From assembly GCA_951406725.2 (NCBI GenBank), contig OX597814.1, positions 92,814,001 to 92,878,000 of the forward strand: 64,000 nucleotides of DNA, read 5' to 3'. The translations under genes were made by a program, and so were the position numbers. Every line of letters starts with the position of its first letter. Within the stretch, counting starts at the first letter, position 1. Under the pieces are notes generated by a model that was not told where the DNA came from, did no database searches, and was given only the letters and a program-made list of their open reading frames with translations. Shown piece by piece: positions 25,201 to 35,032 of this stretch. This DNA is from Octopus vulgaris. Lineage: Eukaryota.

Positions 25201-27972
25201 CTGATCATAGCCATAATGGAGCTGGACAAGATAAACTCACTGCAAACATATCTGAAGTTGTTTCTCTGAATTTGTTGGTGTTGTGCATTGCAGTACAATG
25301 TTTGAGATTAATGATGCTGTTGTTTACGTCTGGATGTGTTTGTCTGCTTGGTTGGAGTGGAAGACATAGTATTCCTAGAATACCTATGTAATAGGATTCT
25401 GGATTTGTGTGTATGCATGTATGTATGCATGTGTTTATGTATGTGCTGTCTGTCTCTTTAACTCTTTCTCCTTCCCTTCTGGCCCCTCTAAACTTCTCTT
25501 CACTTTTGAGTCTATATATAGTGATCCCACACATCAAAGGACTTCTTGCACTTAAACACTTTCTGCACCTTTGACCCAACTCCTAACCTGACACCTCCAC
25601 ACTTCTTTGTCTGGCTGAACTTGTTCTCTCCCTCAACTGCTTCTCATTCGCAGGGGATTTTTACCAACAGGTCTCAGGAGCAGCCATGGGAACAAGAGTG
25701 GGGCCCAACTATGTGAACCTGTACGTTGGCTATGTTGAGGCCCAACTATTCTCACAATTCACCGGTCTCACTTCTGAACTATACGATTGTTATACTGATG
25801 ACTGTATTGGTGCGACCTCACTCTCCCATAAACAAATAGATTCTTTCCCCTCTTTTGTCCAATCCTTTCATCCTGCACTATTTTCAACACTTCCATAACA
25901 TTTCTGCCAACATACACCACTCTGTTCTCACTACCTCCATCCATTACAAACACACCGACTCACACTCCTACTTTAACTTCTCATCCTCCTATCCTACCCA
26001 TACCCCGCTCCTCCTGGTCCACAGTTTCTTCTCCAACCCGACCTCTCAGCCTGGCTGGTTCCCCTGCCCCCCCCCCCCATGCTTCCACACTTGCCCCTAC
26101 CTCTCCAACACCACTATCCTCACACATACCCATCAATCATCCCTATCATATCACCAATTCTTTTACCTGAACTTCTAGCAACATCATTTACTGCATCTCC
26201 TGCTCTTTCTGCCCTTCTAATTACATCGGTCAAACAGGATACCACTTGGTTGACTGGTTTGCAGTGCACCTCCGAGACATCAGACTCAGCAATGACTCCC
26301 CAGTCTCATGCCATTTCCACTCTACCAGTCATTCACTACAACTCCTGTCTGTGTTTGGATTGTCTTTGCACAGGGACCATCCTGACTCCTGCCTTCACTG
26401 TGAACAGGAATTAATCTTCTCTCTTCGCTCTGTTGCGCTACATGGGTTCAATTCCCCTCCTCTCCTCTTGACCTGACACCTCTTACCTCACTTTGCTCCT
26501 ACTCACCTCTTTTCTCTTCATCTGACACCTACTTCCTCTCTCCACTCCTACCCACACACTCTCGTCATTGATACCGCCCCACACACTCCACATCCAACCC
26601 CCCATACCACATCACATAACACCACCCCATGCCACTCCACACACACTAACACTGACCACTTCCCAGCACCCACACCATCATCCAAACACCCACACATCAT
26701 CATCAATGCACCCATGCGTTACAGATGCTCACACTTACATATACATCCACACACATTCTCACATACACACACACCTTCGTTTTGGGATCACCAATACTTT
26801 ATTATCTCCCCTGCTTTCATCCTCTTCTGTCAAACCATTTTTTTTCTTACCTGTTACCATGCTTGACCAAGTTTGTTTTCTCTCTCTGTTTATTTTCTCT
26901 TATTCCTTTCTGTTGAAGAGTATAGGCTCAAAATGTAAAAGACTTTCTCACTCTCCTGAGTGTCAAACTAATATGCTTGTGTGTGTGTGTAGTGACAAGG
27001 ACTGTAAGCTTGGAGAGTGCTGCAACATTAAATAGTGCCCTTCGGTGTCCAGGTGGTCTTTTTTAGTGTTGAAGATGAACTGAAGACATGGTATATGTAC
27101 AGCCTGTGTTGGTGCAAATTATGCTGATTTGTGTTCTTTATAATTTATAGTCCTTGTGTAGTGATTGTGGGCCTATTCAAGTGTGGCATTGTATTTATAC
27201 ACTTGTGTTGTTTCTTTGTGTTGGCCAAATGTGGTATTGTGGAGCCATGTGGCTTAGTGGTTAGGGATGTCGGACATATGATCATAAAATTGTGCTTTCC
27301 ATTCCTGGACTGGGTGACGTGTTCCTGAGTAAAACACTCCATTTCACGTTGCTCCAGTTCACTCAGCTGACAAAAGTGAGTAATCCTGCAACAGGCCAGC
27401 GTCCCATCTGGAGGAAGAATATATATATCAGAGAAATTGGGAAACCAGCTCTATGCATCTGTATGACTTTAGAAGGGCCTTTATCCTTATCCAAATGTGG
27501 TTTTTGTGCTGCTGTTCTGAGTACTGTAGAGTAGGAAGAACATCTCACTACAGTTAGCAGCTATAGCAGTCCTGAAAAATTGTCTCATAATATGTAGTGC
27601 TAGGCTTAAAGCCTCCTGTGAACCTAAAGCCTTAGTCTGCAATTACTTGAAAGTATTGCAGGACAAACAACTACCAGCTGTTTGTAAAGCTGAAATTTCA
27701 AAACTATATTTCCATGACTATTCCACTTCTGTGTTTTTTGCATCTGTTTGTGTATGTGTGTGTAATATATGCCTATTTGTTTATTTCTATTCACAGACAT
27801 GCTGCCAAATACTCCTGTTGGTCGAGAACTTGCATCAGAGCGTTTACGACAGTTGGGAGAAAATTTTATCAAAGAAGGCATCCAGGGCGATTATTGGTCT
27901 GACAGTGTATTTCTCGTGTATATAAACATGTGTGACATCTCTGGCCTTCCAACTCCAGACCTTTATGTATGA
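6057..27972 (+). CDS. FBXO38: F-box only protein 38 (FBXO38/MoKA) orthologue, 5'-partial; join(6057..6696,7308..7443,8937..9067,9224..9397,11454..11607,12153..13069,14928..16585,18150..18252,19841..20007,21675..21826,22768..22853,23945..24037,27797..27972)
   Basis: All 12 introns are GT-AG with matching phases, giving 4587 nt or 1528 aa plus TGA. Translation follows recalled vertebrate FBXO38 motifs (LRTFVMxxCAGP, [76 protein letters not shown]). The F-box exon is not in the window. Confidence 0.93.
7308..7443 (+). CDS. FBXO38: FBXO38 exon ([12 protein letters not shown]...)
   Basis: cctag acceptor, gtatga donor; phase 1 to 2. Confidence 0.92.
8937..9067 (+). CDS. FBXO38: FBXO38 exon ([13 protein letters not shown]...)
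   Basis: ttctag acceptor, gtaagc donor; phase 2 to 1. Confidence 0.92.
9224..9397 (+). CDS. FBXO38: FBXO38 exon (KWTAEELL...ITDIGMKAV...YNCPHLH)
   Basis: ttttag acceptor, gtgata donor; conserved [12 protein letters not shown] motif; not in the ORF track. Confidence 0.92.
10930..11310 (+). mobile_element. Decayed RTE-like LINE 3' end (similar fragment on - at ~36300-36600)
   Basis: Degenerate [13 protein letters not shown]...[17 protein letters not shown] motif followed by a TGA/TTA-type tail. Confidence 0.55.
11454..11607 (+). CDS. FBXO38: FBXO38 exon (TNCWSNL...REPPKGCA)
   Basis: tatcag acceptor, gtgagt donor; conserved REPPKGCAR. Confidence 0.92.
11912..12123 (+). mobile_element. piggyBac-like MITE (~220 bp, TTAA target site, CCCTTTAG TIRs)
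   Basis: TTAA-CCCTTTAGTATT...AATACTAAAAGG-TTAA; same family at 18349-18530, 20405-20633, 23396-23623, ~35911-36150, 61500-61728 and partial copies elsewhere. Confidence 0.75.
12153..13069 (+). CDS. FBXO38: FBXO38 exon (VGLSAGTG; Ala/Pro/Ser-rich)
   Basis: aacag acceptor, gtaagc donor; open frame 12133..13137. Confidence 0.9.
14928..16585 (+). CDS. FBXO38: FBXO38 large Ser-rich exon ending [17 protein letters not shown]
   Basis: tttcag acceptor, gtgagc donor; 562-aa open frame with conserved 3' end. Confidence 0.9.
16916..17256 (+). mobile_element. Helitron/Helentron-like non-autonomous element with a perfect 16-bp terminal hairpin
   Basis: ACTAGCACTATGACCC-9nt-GGGTCATAGTGCTAGT at the start; ends with CAGAC...TTTATATATAGAGAGAT; similar termini at ~1590-2120. 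Confidence 0.45.
18150..18252 (+). CDS. FBXO38: FBXO38 exon (VLGVQSKTL...LLDCPNL)
   Basis: ccatag acceptor, gtaagt donor; resembles VLVLKSKNL...GITDLVLKDCP. Confidence 0.88.
18349..18530 (-). mobile_element. piggyBac-like MITE copy (opposite orientation)
   Basis: TTAA ends; body is the reverse complement of 11912-12123. Confidence 0.7.
19841..20007 (+). CDS. FBXO38: FBXO38 exon (ACRVLKK...AQCKKL...LRPMHQ)
   Basis: ttttag acceptor, gtaaga donor. Confidence 0.9.
20405..20633 (-). mobile_element. piggyBac-like MITE copy (opposite orientation)
   Basis: TTAACCCTTTAGCATT...AATGCTAACGGGTTA. Confidence 0.72.
21675..21826 (+). CDS. FBXO38: FBXO38 exon (LQIPMTSLF...LLPNIN)
   Basis: atcag acceptor with an in-frame alternative AG 6 nt downstream; gtaatt donor; phases fit the neighbouring exons. 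Confidence 0.8.
22768..22853 (+). CDS. FBXO38: FBXO38 exon (CLREILK...IHNFE)
   Basis: tcttag acceptor, gtaaga donor; phase 2 to 1. Confidence 0.8.
23396..23623 (+). mobile_element. piggyBac-like MITE copy
   Basis: TTAACACTTTAGCATT...AATGCTAAGGGGTTAA. Confidence 0.72.
23945..24037 (+). CDS. FBXO38: FBXO38 exon ([18 protein letters not shown]...)
   Basis: ttacag acceptor, gtacat donor; DIPWL corresponds to vertebrate DFPWL. Confidence 0.82.
25505..26990 (+). mobile_element. Decayed Penelope-like element (Neptune/Poseidon-type RT + Cys-linker + GIY-YIG) in the last FBXO38 intron
   Basis: Frameshifted fragments [68 protein letters not shown]...YIGQTG...H...VSCHF; internal deletions; decayed ttgaagag-ggctc-aaaat hammerhead-like motif near 26913. 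Confidence 0.8.
27797..27972 (+). CDS. FBXO38: FBXO38 terminal coding exon (...[18 protein letters not shown])
   Basis: tcacag acceptor; C-terminus resembles vertebrate IFIHYCDVNGEPVEDDYI; TGA at 27970-27972. Confidence 0.88.
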
Positions 27973-28023
27973 ACTAATTTTGCCAGTGTGGGCTTGTACG
28001 AGGGATATAGAAATATTTTTCTC

Positions 28024-28063
<40 letters not shown>

Positions 28064-29020
28064 ACACAAACACATACACACACTGGTGTATATATGTTAT
28101 TAAAATAATTGTATATGTATGAAAAAAATAACATCAGAAAAAAAAATGTAAGACAAAATAGTTGATCTGTAAAGACACTTCCTCAGTATATTTTGTATCA
28201 CTTGAAATGTTTTATCTACAATTAACATTTTAGTGAAATTATCTATTGAAAAATTACCTGTTACTTATTGACAATATAGATTTCAGTTTTAGATTTTTGT
28301 TTTTTTTCCTCTTCCTAAACCTAAACTCTTACCAAAAAAAAAAAAAAAAGTAACTTAACCCTTTCATTTCTATATTTCTAACTAAAATACCCCACTATGT
28401 GTTTCTATTAAATTCTACAGTAATCGTGAGTTTAGATGGCTTTCGTAAAAGAACTATAACTTTTATATTTATTAAAATATTAAAATGCTATTTCGAACAC
28501 AACTCAACTGAAAGTTTTTATGTATATTTGTTACAGAATTTTGTGTACCATATGAATTGAGTTATTAACCAAAATTATGTTAACAACCAGTTAGATGTTG
28601 CTCTTCCCTTTCAGCTTTGGGTGCCCACTTGGTCTTGGTGACCAGTAGGCCTCAGCAAATAAATATATATATATATATATGGGTAAAGACCCCTTTGGTC
28701 ATTAATGACCATGGGGTTGCACCTGAGAAGTTACCCTCCAAAGCACAAATCTGAGCAAGGTTGTTTATTGAACATCAGCAGTCGTCCATGCCTACCAGCC
28801 TCTCCTCTCCATGCCACCGATGTTATCCAAGGGAAAGGCAAGGGTTGATACAGCTTGGCACCAGTGATATCGCAACTCATTTCTACAGCTGAATGAACTG
28901 AAGTAATGTGAAATAGTGTCTTGCTGAAGAAAACAACACACAACGCAGTCCTGGAATCGAACCTGCTACCTCATGATTGTGAGCTTGACACTTTAACCAT
29001 TGAGCCATGCACTTTCACGG

Positions 29021-29054
<34 letters not shown>

Positions 29055-29056
<2 letters not shown>

Positions 29057-30270
29057 TCATCATCATCATCATCATTTAGCGTCCGTTTTCCATGCTAGCA
29101 TGGGTTGGACGGTTCAACTGGGGTCTGGGGAGCCCGAAGGCTGCACCAGGCCAGTCAGATCTGGCAGTGTTTCTACAGCTGGATGCCCTTCCTAACGCCA
29201 ACCACTCCGAGAGTGTAGTGGGTGATTTTATGTGCCACCGACACAGGTGCCAGACGAGGCTGGCGAACGGCCACGCTCGGATGGTGTTTTTATGTGCCAC
29301 CGACACAGGTGCCAGACGAGGCTGGCAGACGGCCACGCTCGGATGGTGTTTTTATGTGCCACCGACACAGGTGCCAGATGAGGCTGGCGGACGGCCACGA
29401 TCGGATGGTGTTTGTTACGTCCCCAAAGCACGGAGGCCAGTCTATGCGGTACTGGCTACGCCCACGTTCGGATGATTTTCTTGTGTGCCACCGGCACTGG
29501 TACCACCAAGATACAAATTCCATTGATGTTCATCTATTTTGATTTGTTTTGATTTGATTTGATTTTCACTTGCCTCAACAGGTCTTCACAAGTGTCACAA
29601 GAAGGAAGGTATGCACAGGTGGACTGACTACGTCCCAGGTAGGGGCCACGGGTTATGGCCTGACTAGTCTTGCCGGGTCTTCGGATGGTGTTTTTATGTG
29701 CCACCGACACAGGTGCCAGATGAGGCTGGCGAACGGCCACGATCGGATGGTGTTTGTTGCGTGCCCACAGCACGGAGGCCAGTCGATGCGGTACTGGCTA
29801 CGGCCACGTTCGGATGGTTTTCTTGTGTGCCACCGGCACTGGTACCACAAAGATACAAATTCCATTGATGTTCATCTATTTTGATTTGATTTGATTTGAT
29901 TTTCACTTGCCTCAACAGGTCTTCACAGGTCTTCACAAGTGTCACAAGAAGGAAGGAAGGTATGCACAGGTGGACTGACTACGTCCCAAGTAGGGGCCAC
30001 GGGTTATGGCCTGACTAGTCTTGCCGGGTCTTCGGTTGGTGTTTTTATGTGCCACCGACACAGGTGCCAGATGAGGCTGGCGGACGGCCACGATCGGATG
30101 GTGTTTGTTATGTGCCCACATCACAGAGGCCAGTCGATGCGGTACTGGCTACGGCCACGTTCGGATGGTTTTCTTGTGTGCCACCGGTACTGGTACCACA
30201 AAGATACAAATTCCATTGATGTTCATCTATTTTGATTTGGTTTGATTTGATTTGATTTGATTTTGATTTT
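29055..30270 (-). repeat. (CAT)n-tailed retroposon with nested tandem amplification (~60-bp and ~350-bp units)
   Basis: ~60-bp unit GATGGTGTTTTTATGTGCCACCGACACAGGTGCCAGA(C/T)GAGGCTGGC...GGCCACG x3 at ~29222-29405; larger unit containing (TTTGA)n repeated ~2.6 times; same terminal family at 19278, 40790-41130, 43830-44080, 44430, 45860, 46670, 58030. Confidence 0.8.
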
Positions 30271-30295
30271 ATATATATATATATATATATATATG

Positions 30296-30339
<44 letters not shown>

Positions 30340-33190
30340 CACTTATTCTTTTACTTGTTTCAGTCATTTGACTGCAACCATGCTGGAGCACCACCTTAAG
30401 GAGTTTTAATCGAAGAAATTGACCCCAGGTCTTATTCTCTGTAAGCCTAGTACTTATTATATTGGTCTTTTTGCTGAACCACTAAGTTACAGACATAAAC
30501 ACTCCAACATCAGTTGTAAAACAATGGAGGAGGAGAACAAACACACCAATATATTAAACATTGTGTGTGTATACATATATATATATACATACATACATAT
30601 AAACACATTCACGCATATACACACAATGGCCTTCTCTCAGTTTGTCTGGCTTTGGTCAGTCCTAGGCTAGAGTAGAAGATACTTGCTCAAGGTGCCACAC
30701 AGTGGGACTGAACCTGGAACCATGTAGGTGGGAAGCAAGCTTCTTACCACACGTGTGCTAGTATGGATGTTACTGCATGTGTGAGTTTATGTTTTGACTT
30801 TTATAAGTGTAAATATACATAGTTTTGTATGTAATATATACACATACATACCTCTGGGTACTGCAATTGTATCTTGGCTTAATTTCACTGATCCAACAGG
30901 AACAGCCAATAAAAATTATGGTTTAGGAATCATTTGAGGAGTTTGGGTTCTACTGTACCATGCTGACCCCTTGTATGTTGACACAAATTGATCCATAGCT
31001 TCAAAGCAGTCATATTTCCAAAAGACAGACAATTTCTGCCCACAGCCAGAGATGTTGGCCAACTACAGCTGGCAATATATGTTTATTATAGCATACTAGA
31101 TGCTTATTATATTTATAGCAAAGATGTCTAGTTTCTTATTTTTCCCCTTGTTTGTTTTGTATAGTGATCAGTGTCTGCCATTATTATATGGAACATTTGA
31201 ATTGGAATAAACAAATGTAAATAGTCAGTGGGTTCTGCATCATGGGGATGACTGACTGAATTTGGTTTCTCCTAAACCATCTGGAAGAGATTCCATTCCA
31301 TTTCTTTCTGAAAGTCATTGCTTTTACTGCTGCTGTCCAACATTAACTTTCTCAGAGTATTTGTTCAAAGTCTACCACATAATATGCTTAATATATATTT
31401 GTTGCATTTGAAAATTGCTATTACTAAATCTGAAGCAAATATTTTAAAAGACTAGAACATTATAATGATAAAGAAGAAAAAGACTGATTTGGTAAAAATG
31501 TCCTCAAAGTGCAAAAAATACAAAATTCATGTCATAAAAATGTCAGTTGGTGTGCAGCAGATGTTTGTCTCGTGAAATGACCTGTTACTAAAACATTAAT
31601 GAAATTTTCATTGATATTTTGATTTGAACCTGAATAGGTTAATGATGATGCTTTCAAGAAAGTTGGTATTTTACAATGATAGGCAATAAAGAGGGTTGCT
31701 AGGGAAAGGGTTATGAGCTCGTAATTTTAGAATTTTTTTTTTTGGTCCCAAGGCAAGCTCTAATTATATAACTTGTCTCCTTCTTCTTAGTGGAAAAGAT
31801 AGACGACACTGTTCTTACTTCACTCTTGAGAAATTAGCAACAGGAAGAACATTCAATTGTAACAAGTAAAAATGGAAAAAAGAAAAAGATTAAAAATAGA
31901 CCTCTTCCAATAATGTATGAGTGCCCAAATTTGTGACAAAAAGAGACCTTTAAAAATGGATAAAAAAAAATTACATCTATAAATTTTATTTATATATATC
32001 CACAAAAATATAAAAAAATATATCTTGGTGAAGAAATAAAGCAGTCATGACAGATGAGATGTAGAAAGAATTCTTTCATTTATTAAGCTCAAAAGTTTTC
32101 TTTTTTCTTTTTTAACATTCTTTTCAAAGTGTTATGAAGTGGCTAAATTGCAAAAGTTAGATCAATTTTGTTGCAGTATTTGTTGAGCTAATGATCTAAC
32201 ATATGTCCTTTTATCAATTAATCTTGTACTTTCTTTTTACTACTAATTCAAAGAAGATGAAAGAGCAAATCTGTTTTGAGCAGAATTTGAACTCCAAATG
32301 TAAATGTGCATGAATAACATAGTAGAAGTGTGCTGAGAGAAAAACTGGACATAACTGGAATCATTTGTAGTGTGCAAGAGAAAAGAATGTGTTGATATGG
32401 ACTTGTGGACAGCTGTATAAAGAAGAGCTAATCACTTAATGTGGATGGGAGCTTGCAGGAAGACACGGGACAAAGTGGTGAAGGCTGATCTCTGAACCTC
32501 ATCAAAGAGATGACAAAGGACTGGGGTGACTGACAATAGGTGTTTCTTGAAAAGACCTACCCTTGGTGAAATTGAGATTCTGAAAGCACTATATATCATC
32601 AACATCATCATCATCATACGTCCGTCATCTATGCTGGCATGGGTTGGATGGTGTGACCAGAGCTGACAAGCTGAAGGGCTGCACCAGTCTCCCATCTGAT
32701 TTGGCATGGTTTCTATGACTGGATGCCCTTTCTATAATACCAACCACTTCACAGAGTTTGCTGGATGCTTTTATGTAGCTCTGCTTGAGGACTTTTATGT
32801 GATACTGCACAGATGCTTTTACGTAGTACTGCATGGGTGTTTGTATGTGACACCCCATGCTCAATTTCCTCTCCAAGATGTCCGATCACTCATCATCTCT
32901 CTCTAACTGCAGTCATCTGTTGTAATTAAATGAGAGCAAAACTGCATACTTCACTTGAACTTACTTGATACCACTATCTCACCACCTAGAACCATTTCAT
33001 TTGATAACCACCCTTCATTCTTAATTCTGTCCTCTCCACCCTCGTTTTACATTGATCACCTCTTGAACTACCGCACAACTCTTCCCATCTCCATTCACCA
33101 TGCCTGCCACTCACTTTACAACCTACCCAACTACACATCATCTCTCCTCTCTTCCCTATTCTTCCTTGTCTACTGTGTTGTTATTATTAA

Positions 33191-34466
33191 GGTGGTGAGC
33201 TGGCAGAATCATTAGCACACTGGACAAAATGCATAGCAGCATTTCATCCATCATTCTGAGTTCAAATGCCACTGATGTCAACTTTGCCTTTCAGGCTTAA
33301 TAAAATAATTACCAGTCAAATGCTGTGATCAATGTAATCAGCTTAACTCCGTCCCTAAAACACCTCTGACCTTGTTTCAGAATTTCAAACCATTGCTGCT
33401 GGTACAATCGTTAGCATGTCAAGCAAAATGCCTTGTGGCATTTCTTGTAGCTTGTTCTGGGTTCACATGCTGCCATGGTCAACTTTGCTTCTCAAACTTT
33501 CAGGGTCATTAAAATAAGTTACAGTTGAGCACTGGGGGTTAATGTAATCGCTTACCCCTATCCCTTGTGCCAAAATTAAAAAGAATTATTTTTATTATAT
33601 AAAGGCAATGATCTGGCAGAATCATTAGCATGCTGGGCAAAATATTTAGCAGCATTTCATGTCTTTATATTCTGAGTTCCAATTCCATGGGGGTTGACTT
33701 TGCCTTTCATCCTTTCGGGGTCAATATATTAAGTACCAGTTGTGTACTGGGGTTGATCTAATTGACTGGCCCACCCTCCCCCCATATTTCAGGCCTTGCG
33801 CCTTAAGTAGAAAGGATTATTATTATAAGGCAAGCTGGCAGAATTGTTAACATGCCATACAAAATGCTTAACAGCATTTTGTCTGTCTTTAGATTCTGAG
33901 TTCAAATGCTGCTGGAGCCAACTTTACCTTTCAGGATTGATAAAATAAGTATCAGTTGAGCGTTGGGGTTGATCTAATCAACTTAGCCCCTCCCCCGAAA
34001 TTGCTGGCCTTGTGCCAAACTTTGAAACCATTATTATTACTATTACTAAGGTCGTGAGCTGGCAGAATTGTATGCCAGGCAAAATGCTTAGCAGCATTTC
34101 ATCTGTTTTCACATTCTGAGTTCACATTCCACCGAGGTTAGCTTTACCTTTCTTCTCTTCAGGGGTCAATAAATTAAGTACCAGTGAAACACTGGGGTCG
34201 ATGTAATCAACCAGTCCTCTCCCTCCAAATTTCAGGCCTTGTGCCTTTAGTAGAAAGTATTATTATTAAGGCAGAATTGTTAACACACCTGGTAAAATGC
34301 TTAACAGCATTTCATCCATCCTTATTTTCAGAGTTCAAATTCCACCAGGACCAACTTTACCTTTGGGGTCAATAAGTACTAGTTGAGCACTGGGACTGAT
34401 GTAATCGACTTCCCCCATCCCTAAACTTATTGGCCTTGTGCCTAAATTTGAAACCCTTATTACTAT
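33191..34466 (+). mobile_element. Head-to-tail array of six SINE family B copies
   Basis: ~200-220 bp units (GAGCTGGCAGAATCGTTAGCA...CTGAGTTCAAATT...GACTTTGCCTTTCATCC...GGCCTTGTGCC) separated by (ATT)n; solo or paired copies at ~5388, 18560, 19530, 22305, 24195, 44735-45140. Confidence 0.82.
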
Positions 34467-34967
34467 TCTGCAACTCTTCAGCCCTACTTCCTCCTTTCTG
34501 CAATGTCAGCCATATAGAAGAAAGACAAAATGGTCATAGCTGGAATGCCTTTAATAATGGGTTTACTTGATCTAAGATTAAACAACAACAATGCTGTCTG
34601 ATGGACAGTCATGTACACAATTTTATGAACAAGACTAAGGCAGAAGATAATTGCTAAACTGCCATACTGTGAAGATGAAACTATGTAAGTGATAAAGATG
34701 CAGGTTTATTGCATTCTGTGTCAATGCAAAGCAACATCTGAACAGACAGAGATGTCCTGAACCACAAAAAGGAAAAATGAACTATACTGAGAGATTTATA
34801 TAAGAATTTTAATAATTTTTTTTATTGCTTAACAGTAAAACTAAGATTTTCATTTAGTTTATCATTAAGATGTAAAAATAACAACTTCTTTTCTCATACT
34901 ATGAGAATATTTGTTTAATTCTATTCCTAAGTTGAATATTCCATTCTTCAAACTTATCTTGGTGTGG

Positions 34968-35032
34968 TCAGAGTTCTTCCTTTGAAATGGAACCCATTGA
35001 TGAGGGTGATATCGATTCCTTTGACTTGAATT
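34968..35032 (-). CDS. TXNDC16: TXNDC16-like terminal exon (...SISKEEL*)
   Basis: long pyrimidine tract plus cctag acceptor; KDEL-type KEEL then TGA. Confidence 0.8.

Noticed and set aside
27647-27796. Possible extra FBXO38 exon upstream of the last exon
   Set aside because: Exons 23945-24037 and 27797-27972 already join in phase; no homology or clear splice pair here.
29222-29405. CRISPR-like regular repeats
   Set aside because: Units are contiguous with no unique spacers and no cas genes; eukaryotic retroposon-internal tandem repeat.
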